Positions 27,540 to 42,191 of a DNA stretch of 64,000 bases are shown piece by piece. Numbering within the stretch: position 1 is the stretch's first letter; each line of letters begins with the position of its first letter. The position numbers and the translations under genes are program-made. Source of the DNA: Eledone cirrhosa (lineage: Eukaryota); assembly GCA_964016885.1 (NCBI GenBank), contig OZ024742.1, positions 54,002,001-54,066,000 of the forward strand, in the 5' to 3' direction. The notes under the pieces are model-generated. The model ran no database searches. It saw only the letters and a list, made by a program, of their open reading frames with translations, and had not been told where the DNA came from.

Positions 27540-29559
27540 GAGTGTTGAAGTTTGCTTGAATCATTGTAGAATAGTAGAAATAGTCGTTTCTGGAAGCTTG
27601 TAAAATGCAGATGGATAAATCTCCGCGCAACAACCCCAGCTGGGGGTAAAAAGAATGGGGATAAGAGAGAAGAGGAAGATAGGAAAAAGAAATGTAAAAT
27701 AAAAATGAAAAAACAGAAACGAATTTACCTTGGATTTGACTTATTGACAGTGGCAGGCGTTGAACGCTTGGCATACCCGTTGGTCCATACGATATTGTCA
27801 GCACACCCGATAGGCTTCATCTCATGGGTAGTTCCGAGTTCTGTCGGTATATGTGGCCTAGAAAGTTAAATTACATGTTGTCGACAATCTCCGATGTTCC
27901 TTCGGACCTACTCTGATGATGGATGAGAAATCCGAAATGTAATTTCATCTCAGATTTTTCATTTTACAATTCTTTTTCCTATCTTTTTCTCCTCTACTAT
28001 CCCTATTCTTCCTACCACCACCTGATATTGTTTCCCGGAGATTTGTCCAACTGCATTGTAGGGGCTTTTAAAAATGACCCGTTATATATATACACGTATA
28101 TGAAGTCAATTCCCCCTCACACAGTTTCCATAACGCCCCTTTATCACTACTCTTTCCCTCTCAAACATATATGTACACGATTCCAGCAACAGCATAATAC
28201 ACACTCTCATTTATAACACCAACACATATATATACCTCTGCACACACATAACTCACACATTCCTATTCACAGACATGCATATCCGTCGTATCGGATTCAT
28301 CGGTCTCAGCACGCAGTATATTTAGCTTTCCATGCCAATAAATTGCATACACACAGATACTATTGGCTAATATACGCATACATCTGCACCCACTATTATT
28401 ATAACCCCCCTCCCCCACACATTCTGATGCCGGTACATGTATGTAAACGTGTACATACATATCCATATACACGCTATCACACACCACAGACATTATCGCT
28501 CCATGTCTCTCGCTTCAGGATGCATGTATGCTTGTATCTCTTGCGCACGTATATGTGTTCTCAGTGCTGAGGTTATGGCTGCGTTGATGTTTAATGTTTC
28601 TCTATATTTAAACCGCCCACACCACTTCCCGACTGTATTCACCTCAACGCAAATAGTGACTCCACGATTCGTAGTTCAGTTGTTTGTGGTAGAACCGCCT
28701 TATTATCGGTACCCGATGCCAAGCAGTTTCTCTAACGTTCTAACGACCATACCATGAAATGGGACAAGGCCAATATCACCAAATTCGCTATCAGCCCCCC
28801 TTCTCTAAAATCCCTTGCAATTGTTTCTACGTGTATGTACGTAGAATATCATATATATATTTGTATAACTCCCTGTGTTAATCAGTTCGCGCGCGCGCCC
28901 AGTCACATCTCTATACTATCACAGCAGCCATGTCAGGTACAGGCCAACGCCCATCCTTTACACATTTGCAAAGGGAAACCAATAAGCCTATACACCGACA
29001 CACGCACACACGTGCGCTAACTCATGTTCACATGAAATATACAATGATTAATTCCCTTTCTAATCCTCTCTGATAAAAAATACCCAGTGACCACCATTTT
29101 CCGAAAATGGCTGACTGAGTACACACGTACTTTTTCTGAAAATGTTATTTCATTCCTTCCTCTTATCACTCCCTATCTTTCTATTTCATCTTCTATTTCT
29201 CATTCTAAATAAAATATATCTTGTCATCCAATGTTTGCATTTTGCACAGTACAGCTCTTCGTAAGAGTCTAAATACACACGTGAAGGTATATATTTATCT
29301 TGCTTATCCGACATGTCCCAGTAGAATTTGAATATAGAATGCATGAAACAAAAGCAAATATTACAGCCGTCCGTCCACGTTACCATATACTGAAATGAAA
29401 TTCCAGGGAAAAAATTAATTCACTCTTCCAGAACAGCAGACAGTTTTCTTATCTCTGTCTCTTATCTCTTTCTCGTCCTCTCCCTCTGAAAAAAATCGAC
29501 TGTGACCAAACGTTTAAAGAGATGCACGCCGGAGGGTTTAACATGACCAAACCATTCCC

Positions 29560-30170
29560 AATCTTACGAGGGTAATCTTTGAGAAAAGTAAAAGATGGGG
29601 AACTGGGTTTGAGGCCATGGTGTTAAGCATCTCCTGTGTCTAGATAATGTAATTTTAGCCTGATCAGATTTCACGGAAATTTGATCAGGCTGGAGCATGT
29701 TCAAACCAGCGAAGAATATGCTGAAAGAGAACATTGACAAAGCCACTCGCGCAAACCTCTTCAACAGCATGGTACTACTTGCGATGCTCTATGCAAGTGA
29801 AACGTGGGCGAGGACAAAGAGGGAGGATCATTAGCTAATAACGGGACAAAAGAGTATGGAGAGCTCGATGCTGGGAATCTCCTTGAGGGATCACACCCGA
29901 AAAGAGCAGATCAGGCAAAGAACCGGAGTTGAAGGAAGTTATCGCGGAATAACGTCTGTACAAACGCAGATGGGAAGGACATGTTTCACGGTTCAATGGT
30001 AATCGTTGAATCCATGCAGTTGTCGAGTGGTACCTGGGCGAACAGAAACGACCACTCGGAAGGCTACCACTCAGATGGATTAAGGATAAAAAGCGAAAAA
30101 TATGACCGCAATGGAAGAGAAGAGTGACATGAAGAACCTAGTAGATGAAATGGTGTGGCCAGCGGATTCA
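29560..30170 (+). mobile_element. Decayed RTE-like LINE 3' fragment
   Basis: Reads AMLYASETW, QKSMESSMLGISLRDH, RWEGHVSR, RPLGRLPLRW across stops and frameshifts. Confidence 0.7.
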
Positions 30171-30200
30171 AAGTTACATCAGACGTATATAAAACGTATG

Positions 30201-30285
<85 letters not shown>

Positions 30286-30517
30286 CCAATGATGGTTGGC
30301 AAATCACTGACGAGGGACTAATTTTATAATATGTAGCCCATGTGCAACCACGCAGTATTTCTCTTTCTTCTCATGTTTTTTATACATATTTACATGAAAA
30401 GGGAAGCTGTATTCAAAACTTTTTTCGATGAAAATCACAGGAAAACAGAGTCAAGATAAATTAATAAAAACAATGAATAAAAACAAAGAAACAGTAACTT
30501 ATATTAAAAAATTCATC

Positions 30518-30577
<60 letters not shown>

Positions 30578-30578
30578 T

Positions 30579-30652
<74 letters not shown>

Positions 30653-30657
<5 letters not shown>

Positions 30658-30805
30658 AAAGACGTAAAATAAGAAAATCTTTTTCAAAAAATTTTTAAAA
30701 AATTTTTTTCCTACTTACTTAAATTTTCACTCCAACTAAGTAAGTAAGAAAAAAAATTTTTTTTAAATTTTTTGAAAAAGATTTTCTTATTTTACGTCTT
30801 TTATA
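30653..30805. repeat. Fold-back inverted repeat (~68-bp arms)
   Basis: ATATAAAAGACGTAAAATAAGAAAATCTTTTTCAAAAAATTT.. mirrored by ..AAATTTTTTGAAAAAGATTTTCTTATTTTACGTCTTTTATAT. Confidence 0.9.
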
Positions 30806-30974
30806 TTATTGTTCTGCATCCTCCTGCATTGAACCACCTAGGTACTATGACATAACCTGTGTATTTGCTGACATGGGCGTGCATCTGTGCGCTTATGTTA
30901 GTTGATATATTAAATTATCTATATATATATATATATATATATATACATTATTTTACGTGTATATAATGTATATA

Positions 30975-31180
30975 TAATTGTTTCTACTTTTGGCGCAAGG
31001 CCAGCAATTAACCAGTGTATTACTGGTATTTTATTTCATCGACCCCGTAAGGATGAAAGGCAAAGTTAACCTCAGTGGGATTAACTTGCATTTCCTCCTT
31101 ACGGGGTCGATAAAATAAAGTACCAGTAATGCAATGGATTAATTGCTGGCCTTGTGCCAAAAATAAAAACAATTATATAT
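30975..31180. mobile_element. Two 5'-truncated SINE halves joined head-to-head (palindrome)
   Basis: Minus copy 30975-31082 and plus copy 31081-31175 meet at TTAAC; both lack the tRNA head. Confidence 0.8.
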
Positions 31181-31210
31181 ACGTCATATATATACACACA
31201 CACACACATG

Positions 31211-31356
<146 letters not shown>

Positions 31357-31622
31357 TAAAACATATCTATAGAATCACAAGATAAAATATATACCATTTC
31401 CTCTGCCAATTACCATAATTAACTATATAAAAAATAGAATAGACCAGGCTATAAGAATGAGGCTTCTATGAAGAAATCTCCAACAAATAACCGAAACTAG
31501 CCCTTCGCGTCGGCCGCAACGGAATATTTCTCGAATATTTCGAGAGCGTAATCGCCCAGATACAGTCAATTAAACAGAATTAGGTGTAAAATAAACTAGG
31601 AGAAAATAGAATACATTTAAAT

Positions 31623-31709
31623 ACCTCTACCATGGTTTCGTCCGCATTTTGAGATTTCCAATAATTATGTAATAATTATGTAACTCGAGCATCGGATTCA
31701 ACAGGAGAT
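31623..31709 (-). ncRNA. Hammerhead with ~58-nt stem II and one core substitution
   Basis: ATCTC-CTGTTGA-ATCCG...CGGAC-GAAA-CCATGG-TA-GAGGT. Confidence 0.6.
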
Positions 31710-32012
31710 TTGCTCTGATCTAGACACTAAATTTTCCAAAGTGATCGTGCCAAGAATTCATTCAAAATGGCTAAGAATCGTGACGCAGTCGCGGTCAAGT
31801 TGGAAGAGGTGGCTTTTTTGCTAGAAAGCACAGCACAATACAGCCAAATTTGAATCTCAACCTAATGGGAGATTATTACATATAAAAGTTTACATATATA
31901 TATACATATATATACATATACGTGTTTTGCAACGGGTAACTTTGTGGCTCAATGAAAATTTAATAAATTAAATAATCAGAGCTATATATCATAAAACATG
32001 TCTCTCTCTCTC

Positions 32013-32270
<258 letters not shown>

Positions 32271-32882
32271 TGTTTTATGATAACTGTGATAGTGAGTAAA
32301 ATCGAAGTTGTAGCTTTGTAGCTACGGTTTGCATCTCCCGAATGAACAATCCCCAGAACCTTGCACGAGCACTTAATGAGATGATATCGGTAAATCTCAG
32401 AGTAATAAACATACGTTAAAGGCGTGACAAAATGAAAACTGCAGCTTTGTAAAGAATGCCACAAAAGCCACTACAAGACTAAAAATACAAACAGGTTAAT
32501 ACGAATATATATATATATAATAGAATTAGCATTTAGACGGCTGGGCTCTTGCCATTTAAGCAGCTAGTTCCAGATTAAATGCGCATATAGACCCATACAT
32601 GCATTTACATACTCACAGAAATACATAGACACACAACGACTCCGTAACCCTAAAATAATAACACTTATAAGAAAAACATTTACAATTGGGTAAATAATGT
32701 ATGCCCTTATTTGATCAAACCACACCCCTCATGATACTGTCAGTAAACCGCCAAGCCCTTCAGCAATCAATCTGGAACTAGCTGTTGAAACGGCAAGAGC
32801 TCAGCAGTTGGATCCCGATTCTTTATAATATAACCATAAATAACTGCCCCAAGTACTCTGTTGAGTAATGGTCTAACCAGCC

Positions 32883-33539
32883 CATTATACAGGAGCAAAT
32901 CATGGAATAGCTTAGATCTAGACATAAGATAGGGAAAGCCACCTCATGGTACGACAACCAGAGATACCAGAGTGTCATGTTTGTGGACGCTACCCCTGGA
33001 GGGAAATTAGCTAACCAGTGTAGAAAGGCCCTGAGAAAGACCCACTTAAAAATTAAGGTGGTAGAAAAGCCAGGAACCACCATAATTCCCTGATCAGCAA
33101 AACCTACCCTTTTAAGAAAACCCACTGTACCAATAGAAAATGTATCATATGTAAGGTAAACCCCCGGATAAACTGTAAAACTAGAAACGTAGTCTATAGC
33201 ATAAGATGTACAGAGGGTACTTGCAGAAACATGACAACAACATACATAGGTGAGACAGCTCGTAGCATAGGTGAAAGGACTGGGGGGAACTAAAAGGACG
33301 AAAAAACGGGTCAGTACAATACGAACATGCTAGACAACAACATGACGGTAACATAGACAACATAGAAATTAGAATAATATCTAAACATAGAAATGACCCA
33401 GCAGATAGGCAAATCAGAGAGGCCAATGAAATAGAAATTAGAAGACCAAGACTAAACAGAAAGAATGAATGGAATAACAACAACACCCAAACAAACTACA
33501 CTGACCTAAGAGAAGTATAAATAAGTAAATAAAATGAAA

Positions 33540-33570
<31 letters not shown>

Positions 33571-34025
33571 ATACATACACAAGAACAATAACAACAAGCA
33601 CATAAACACACACTAGTCACCCATCACACAGCAAACAAAACACTATACACACACACAAACGCATGCGCAAAAAAGACAAAATAAAATAAACAAACAAGCA
33701 AATAAATAAATAAATATATAGACAGACTGAATAAAACTGGCGTAGACATACAATACAACAGGAGGAAAAGATAGCACCACTGACGATATTGCAGATGTGC
33801 AACGAAAGATTTATGATAAACTATATATATGTGTTTGTGTCTATATTGTATCTGTATTATTTTTGACCGTCGGTCAGTCAATGGCAACATTGAGGACCGA
33901 GTAAGTTAGATTACCGATATAAAAGACACAGAAGCGAGAAGCGAAAACCAACCAAACAGTGAGTGTGTTCTGTTATTAATTCTGGCAATATTACACAAAT
34001 ATGACCCTCCCCAAGTGTAACAATA
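32883..34025 (+). mobile_element. Second copy of the Neptune-type PLE 3' fragment (HHR-like core at 33776-33817)
   Basis: Highly similar to the reverse complement of 20643-21820, with small deletions and frameshifts. Confidence 0.88.
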
Positions 34026-34064
34026 TTTGTTTCGACACACGATTTCATATAAAAAACCTCGCAA

Positions 34065-34110
<46 letters not shown>

Positions 34111-34220
34111 GCTCTAACACACGCTCATACACAGGCATATACACATACACACATTCATTCACATACATACACATATGCGCACAAGTGCATACACAGATGT
34201 ACATACACACCTACGATTTT

Positions 34221-34279
34221 TTCATTCTGATGAATGAAAGTAAATATCGTTTGCTTTCAAGAAACCACTGGTAAATTAA
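34221..34279 (+). ncRNA. Type I hammerhead; damaged inverse copy at ~36150-36208
   Basis: TTCATT-CTGATGA-A-TGAAAGTAAA-TATCG-TTTGCTTTCA-A-GAAA-CCACTGG-TA-AATTAA. Confidence 0.7.
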
Positions 34280-34977
34280 ACAACTATCCTATGTTGTTCA
34301 TTACATAACTATATGTATATATATACATATATATACACACACATACATACACACACATATATACACAAACGTAAACTCACACATGTCCACACACACACAT
34401 ACGAACACATACGTACATAAACATTGCCTACACACGCACCCACACACACACACATATATATACATATATATATTTTTTATATAAGTATATATATATATAT
34501 ATAGTAATAATAATAATAATAGTAATAATAATAAATTTGAAGACTAAAATCCAAAGAGGGCTCGATAAGGATAAATATATATCAAATATATAAGAACCGT
34601 AGAACAAATATTTATATATATATAGATATATACACCCACACACACACACACACGACGACTATATATGTCGTCGTGTGTGTGGGTGCAGGTGCATGCATTC
34701 ACGGGCCTCTATATGTGTGTATATGTATTTGTGCATACATGTATGTGTTTATGGGAATGTGTGCGGATGTTTATATATGGACTATATATGTTTTTTTCAT
34801 TATTATTATTATTCATGTTGTATTATTTTATCACATACCCTTTATGCATACCCGTATATATGCGTATATGTACGTATGAGTCTGTGTACGTGTGCGTCTG
34901 TGTATGTGTGTGTATATATGTATACGTAGGTGCGTATGTGTATGTGTGTGTGTGTGTATATATGTATAATAGGGGGA

Positions 34978-35010
<33 letters not shown>

Positions 35011-35016
<6 letters not shown>

Positions 35017-35396
35017 TAATAAAATAATGAATAAACAAAGAAACAGTTCCTTATATTAAAAAAAATTCATCATTTTACGATCGTTTCTAGGATATATATG
35101 TGTTAGAGTTGGTATGCATATTCTATAGATCTATGTACAATATTTATACAAACTATCAGAGGGAATATACATACCTACACATATATATGCTGTCTTCAGA
35201 AATATTTCTGAAGACAGCATATATATGTGTAGGTATGTATATTCCCTCTGATAGTTTGTATAAATATTGTACATAGATCTATAGAATATGCATACCAACT
35301 CTAACACATATATATCCTAGAAACGATCGTAAAATGATGAATTTTTTTAAATATAAGGAACTGTTTCTTTGTTTATTCATTATTCTATTAATTTAT
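35011..35396. repeat. Spacer-less palindrome (~193-bp arms, centre 35203/35204) made of two back-to-back pLTR HHRs (35072-35203 -, 35204-35335 +)
   Basis: Centre CAGAAATATTTCTG; each arm reads ATTT-CTGAAGA-(105 nt)-GAAA-CGATCG-TA-AAAT. The right arm continues as pLTR sequence to ~35530. Confidence 0.92.
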
Positions 35397-35530
35397 CTTG
35401 ACTCTGTTTTCTGTTTATTTTTCACCGAAAGTAGTTTTTGAATGTATCTTCTCTTTTCATGATATCCGGATTACATTGAGTTCTTCATACGGATTGGACA
35501 CTACCGTACACTTTTGGTAGATTTATCTAC

Positions 35531-35566
<36 letters not shown>

Positions 35567-36319
35567 GTGCATGTACCACATTGTATATTATATTTCATTG
35601 TATATTTTTCTTATGTCATTATACTATTTTATGTTATTATACTGGTTTTTATTGCATAATGTATTATCAACTGTTCACTTACAGGTGTGTTTATATATGT
35701 ACATGTATATGTGGTGGCACTTCTGTGGGTAGGCAGATGTGCGTGCGTGTATGTGTATGCTTGCGGCAGCATGTATGCGCACGCATGTGTAGATGTATGT
35801 AGTTCGGCCTATGCGTGGGTATTTCTGTGTATATGTGTGGATATGCGTATGCGTGTTAAGTTGTCCTTTTTTTCTTTTTCTTTTTATTTTTCGTGTATAT
35901 ATCTATATATATACTTATATAAAAAAAATATATATGTGTATGTATATATATATGTGTGTGTGTAGGTGCGGGTGTAGGCAATGTTTATGTACGTATGTGT
36001 TCGTATGTGTGTGTGGACATGTGTGTGTGGACATGTGTGAGTTACGTTTGTGTATATATATGTGTGTATGTATGTGTGTCTGTGTGTGTATATATATATG
36101 TATATATATATATACATATAGTTATGTAATGAACAACATAGGATAGTTGTTTAATTTACCAGTTTTTACTTGAAAGCAAACGATATTTACTTTCATTCAT
36201 CAGAATGAAAAAATCCTAGGTGTGTATGTATATCTGTGTATGCACATGTGTGTATATGTGTATGAATGTGATTGTATGTGTGTATGTGTATATGCGTGTG
36301 TATGAGCGTGTGTATGAGC

Positions 36320-36386
<67 letters not shown>

Positions 36387-36431
36387 TAAACAAATAATGA
36401 ACAAACAATTCCTTATATTAAACAAAAAAAG

Positions 36432-36586
36432 TTCATTATTTAACGATCGTTTCTAGGATATATATGTGTTATAATTGGTATGCATATTCAACAGATCTAT
36501 GTACAAAATTATACAAAATTATACAAATTATCAAGATTAAATATACATACCAAACACATATATACGCCGTCTTCAGAAATAATGAA
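36432..36586 (-). ncRNA. Long-stem-II hammerhead (mirror of 47166-47320)
   Basis: Reverse complement of 47166-47320. Confidence 0.8.
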
Positions 36587-37404
36587 GTATATTTATTGAT
36601 AATAACAACAATTCAAAATTTCAGTTCAAAATTGACCAATGAAAACACAAAGGGTTAAATGCAGTTCGGTGTGTGTATATACATGTAAAACCCTTACACA
36701 TATTTTACAAAAATGTATGTATAATTTGTATACGCATACTAAAAGGATGGATGCAAATACGAAATTTCAAGGTTAATGTCTCTGTGAGCTTACAATGCGC
36801 AGATAAGATACTTATGAAATCAAGTATATAAATATATTTTTTCATACTCACACATATCAGTACAATCACACATACACGCGCGTATATGCATAAATATACA
36901 CATAACCACGAACATACAAACACACACACACCCCCACTCACATTTATATATGTGGATATAAAATCATAAGCACATGGATATTAATTCACTCACATAAAAC
37001 ACTGGCACACACATTTCTAGATCAAGATACAGAAATTAGGTGGGAGGGGGGGGAGGGGTCAGTATTCAACTGTCTGAGCAAACTGTCTAATATAAATGTA
37101 TCTATAAATTAAGAAAAAAAAAAAATAAAACAATAAAATATAATAAATATAATATAATATACATACACATACAGATATATACACATACATACATGTACTC
37201 ACACATAGAAATATTTACGCATACACACATACACACATACATATACAGTCATACACACACATACACTTACACGAACATACACATACACATATATAAAGAT
37301 ATATATATATACACACACACACACACACGCAACACATACACACATACACATATATATAAAAATAAATAATAAAGATATATACCTATATATATATACACAC
37401 ACAC

Positions 37405-37447
<43 letters not shown>

Positions 37448-37840
37448 CACACACATACATCTAAATATACATACACATACATACACACATACATGTACAT
37501 ACATGTACATACATATACGCACATCGATATACATATATATATATATACATATATATATATACACACACATAGACATGTAGATACATACACACATAACTTA
37601 CATACACACATATATATATACATGTATATTCATACATAGAATTAGATATATAATCATACATACTTATGCACTTACTTATATTCATATATACAAATACATA
37701 CGCATCTATATATGCATATATATATAAAAAAAACTACAACCTCACCTAACTCAGACATACAAATAAAAATAATAATAAAAAGGCATATGTATATACATAC
37801 ACACGCATTAATAGAGATATATATATAGAGACACATACAT

Positions 37841-37910
<70 letters not shown>

Positions 37911-37913
37911 ACT

Positions 37914-37955
<42 letters not shown>

Positions 37956-38023
37956 GATATCCACACACTCATACCACCATAAATACACATACAAACACCC
38001 ACATATATATATATATACACACG

Positions 38024-38057
<34 letters not shown>

Positions 38058-38179
38058 TAAAAAACAGACATGCACATATATATATACACATTAACTACAT
38101 TTATATATACACATATTATATACACGTACACAACCTCACTTATACATACATACACATAAGTTATATTATAATAATAAAG

Positions 38180-38234
<55 letters not shown>

Positions 38235-38330
38235 CATATACATACATACATACATACACATACATACATATAAACATATACATACATAAATACACATATA
38301 CTAATAAAGACATATATTCACACATAGACA

Positions 38331-38390
<60 letters not shown>

Positions 38391-39519
38391 CATATATACA
38401 CACACACATATACACAGACACATATACACTCTCACATATATATATGTGTGTGTGCGCACACACACATATGTACACACACACACACAAATACACATAAACA
38501 CATACATATGCATACATGCACACACACACACACATATATCACATAGATACGAAGATAAACATATAAATAGAGAGACATACATATATATACAACACACATA
38601 CACACACATACATACACACGCATATACATATACATATATATATACATATATATATTCCTATATATACATGCATACACATATATACACATATATACACATA
38701 CATACACATATACGTACACACATTCACATACACATACATATATAATGCATATATACACATATATACATACATATACACACTCTTATATACACACGCAATC
38801 TTACATTCATATTTGCATGCGCATATATGTATTTTTATATTTAGATATAAATACCCAAACCTATATAGACACCTACCTACATATATATTCATACATAGAC
38901 GCTTACAAATACAGATGATAATAGTATGGGGGAAAGGGGGGGTTTGGAGAAGGGGATCAAAGTAAATATATGTTTCAAGAAACATAGAAAATTTTCCGTA
39001 TTTTTATCCAATGTATGTTCTTACATATTTTCAGTGTTAGGAAATACGACAAACAAGAACCCAGGCAAAATCTATGCATCTCAAAATAAATAAGTATATC
39101 ATTAATCATATGTTAACTAAACCAAAGATAGTCAACATATTGATTTCTAAGGTGTAAATTAGTTAGGTTTATAATATTTGAAGCAGAATTTTGAAGTCAA
39201 ACAGTAGTAGATTATTAATTACAGTATAACTAAATTAAAGTTAATAACGTTATGGTATCAATATTAGGAAATGAATTTAGTGATAGGGAAAAAAATAAAA
39301 TAAAGTATTACATCGGTAGTAGAATATAAATTATATGTTAACTAAATTAAAAATTATATACTTATTTCAATAGTATATGTTAATTAGGTATACAATACAT
39401 AAAGCAGATACTGTATTTCATCAATAGCATAATATAATTATATGCAAATAGAAATCAAAACTAATACGCATACATATACATATACATACACATACACATA
39501 TACATACATATACACACAC

Positions 39520-39568
<49 letters not shown>

Positions 39569-40098
39569 TACATACATACACATACACATACACACACACA
39601 CATACACATACACATATACATATACATATCTTTTTCAAAAAAATTGCATAGAATATATTAACTAGGTATATATCCAAAACGCATCCCATTCTATGATTAC
39701 ATGACATTCTGTAATTCGTCTGTATAAGGATACTAATTTTAAGCAAATTAAAATTAAAATTAAAATTTTTAGGTTGATTAAAACTAAAACCAAATAATAA
39801 ATATATTTCTAAAATGTATATTAATTAGGTCTATAATACTAAAAATTATTTCTCTGTCATTGGATACACGATATTATTTTGTTATATTTTATCTGTAAAA
39901 GAGTTATAATAAAAGGTTTAAATAAATTAAAATTAATCTATAAATTAAATTACTAAGTATATATTAGTAATATTTAAAGGTTTTTCACAATTTATGATTA
40001 CATAATATTTTATATTCTCATCTGTAATAAAATATTAATTAAATTAAATTTATAGGTTAACTAACATTTAAATTAAATTAATTTCTAAAATAATGTTA

Positions 40099-42168
40099 TT
40101 AATTAGGTTTATAATATTTAAATGTTTTTTTTAGTTTATGATTACACGATATAATTAATTCCTGTCGTTTATTTAATAAGATATCCTTAGACTTCATTAT
40201 TTCAAATAGTTCTTGGGAACATAATCTACATTCATTTCTATTATTTTGATAAGGGGTGGCTCTTTTGAGCACACTCCAGGTCAAATCATATTTTATATTC
40301 TTATTTTTATAACTATTGATTTTTTCTGCTAGAGATGTTGTATTAGCCAGTGCTGCATTTTTAAAACTATGCTTGTGGGTATTAAACCTTGTCTTAAAAT
40401 TGTTAGAGGTAGCTCCTATATATGAGCAAATAGAATCTTTAGTTTTAACATTACATTTATAGACTATGTTGTTAACAAGACAATTCCCTTTTAATGGGCA
40501 GTTTGCTTTGTTTCTACAGTTACATCCTTTCGTTAATTCTGTATTTGAGGAGATATTATGGTTAATTTGATGTACTGGTGGTATACTTATGGTTTTCTTA
40601 CATTTATATGCATTATATGCACTTATATTTTGTTTTATGTTATTTGTTGTAGAGTATGAGAATTTAACTGTAGACCTATTTAAGATTTGATGGTATTTGT
40701 GGTTTGGCGGGAAGTTTTTCTCAAGGATATAAAAAAATTTTTTAGCAATATTATCCTTAACTTGTAAATTAAAAGGAGCATTATACCAAGTAACCCGTCT
40801 ATTACGGTTTCTATGTTGTTTATTATTTTTATTATTTTTATAGGTTGTATCATGATTTTTACTAGGAGGATTAATGTTAATGATCTCACCACAACTATTT
40901 TTAGTTATATTTGTAGATTTAGGTGTTTTATCTTTTTTATTAGGAGTTTTATTATTAATATTTATTATAGTTGTATGATGAGTAGTTTTTTGAGAGTTAT
41001 TATACTTTATATTAGAAGATTTAGTATTTTGGGGTATAGTGTGGGTGGCATTTAGGTGTGTACTTTTCATTTGGTGTTTGTTGGTAATATTATGTTGTAT
41101 GCTTTCAGTATTTTTAGTAGAAGGTATATACTCTAATCTATTTTTGTGGCCACTTCTATCTAGAGCTTCGTTATAGAAGGTCGCATTTTTATCAAATACA
41201 TCTTGGTTAGAAGAAAGGTTAGAAATTCTAAGTGATATATTATATGCAAGGTTTTTAAGGATAGATTTAGGGTGATTAGATTGTGAGTGTATGTAATGTA
41301 AGTTTTGGTTAGGTTTATGGTAAGGTTGGTAGATACCCGTAGCTAAATCTAAAGTTATATCTAGGAAATTTACTACTTTACTTGTTTTTTCAAAAGTAAT
41401 ATTAAGATTATAATAGTCTTTAAGGAAAGTTCTAATATGTTTTTTGTTTTTTTCGATTTCTGAAAGGCTAAGGTTGTTAGAAAGAAGAAGACAGTCATCA
41501 CGATATAAACCACCTTTGAGGTGGGGAAAAGAGGCATTTATGTTGAAAAGGAGAAAGAGGCCCACAAGATCAGTAATTTGGGCGGAATCGCTTGAACCCA
41601 TAGTAATATCAAAAAGATTACTGTATGTGTTTCTGGTCCAGTATTCATTCTGAAATTCAATAAGTGTTAGTCTAGCATGTGTAATAATGTTAATGTCATC
41701 CAAAGTTAAGTTAGATCTATTTTTAGCAAAAATCAATGCTTTGTTCAGGAGTATAGGTGATATAGAAGAATAGTAATTATCTATATCAAATTGTAGGAAA
41801 GAAGCAGAAGATTTACACCTAATATTTTTAAACCAGTTAATTACCTGGGAGGTGTTTTCCCAGAGTGGTAAAATAACGTGTTTTCTTATTTGTGGGATGA
41901 CTCTATCTAAAATTTTTTTGCTAATTATTCCAATATCTGATTTGGAGGGACATATAAGTCTAATAGAAGGATTTGAGTTAAAGTTAGATTTGTGATCTTT
42001 CAGGTTGAAGTGTGGTCTTTTCAATGCCAAAGGTTCAGTTCTATCTTCAATGTTTAGTTTTTTTACTATGTTGTGTGTTTTGTTGTTGATGTTGGTGAGT
42101 GACACATTATTAGATTTTTTATAATTTTTTCTGAGTTCTTTATATATGAACTCGTTATAATGTTCAAT
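40099..42168 (-). CDS. Penelope-like (Naiad-type) reverse transcriptase + C-terminal GIY-YIG endonuclease; open frame, 5'-truncated at the inversion junction
   Basis: FLQFDIDNYYSSI, FDITMGSSDSAQITDLVG, GLYRDD, VNFLDITL, SNHP, CNCRNKANCPLKGNC, IVYKC..SYIGAT..RFNTH, CRLC..N..CNH. The frame stays open upstream of the called GTG at 42105 (IEHYNEFIYKELRKNYKKS) up to the junction. Confidence 0.92.
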   Translation of the reverse strand: MEHYNEFIYKELRKNYKKSNNVSLTNINNKTHNIVKKLNIEDRTEPLALKRPHFNLKDHKSNFNSNPSIRLICPSKSDIGIISKKILDRVIPQIRKHVILPLWENTSQVINWFKNIRCKSSASFLQFDIDNYYSSISPILLNKALIFAKNRSNLTLDDINIITHARLTLIEFQNEYWTRNTYSNLFDITMGSSDSAQITDLVGLFLLFNINASFPHLKGGLYRDDCLLLSNNLSLSEIEKNKKHIRTFLKDYYNLNITFEKTSKVVNFLDITLDLATGIYQPYHKPNQNLHYIHSQSNHPKSILKNLAYNISLRISNLSSNQDVFDKNATFYNEALDRSGHKNRLEYIPSTKNTESIQHNITNKHQMKSTHLNATHTIPQNTKSSNIKYNNSQKTTHHTTIININNKTPNKKDKTPKSTNITKNSCGEIININPPSKNHDTTYKNNKNNKQHRNRNRRVTWYNAPFNLQVKDNIAKKFFYILEKNFPPNHKYHQILNRSTVKFSYSTTNNIKQNISAYNAYKCKKTISIPPVHQINHNISSNTELTKGCNCRNKANCPLKGNCLVNNIVYKCNVKTKDSICSYIGATSNNFKTRFNTHKHSFKNAALANTTSLAEKINSYKNKNIKYDLTWSVLKRATPYQNNRNECRLCSQELFEIMKSKDILLNKRQELIISCNHKLKKTFKYYKPN

Positions 42169-42191
42169 ATTCCGCCCAAATTACTGATCTT

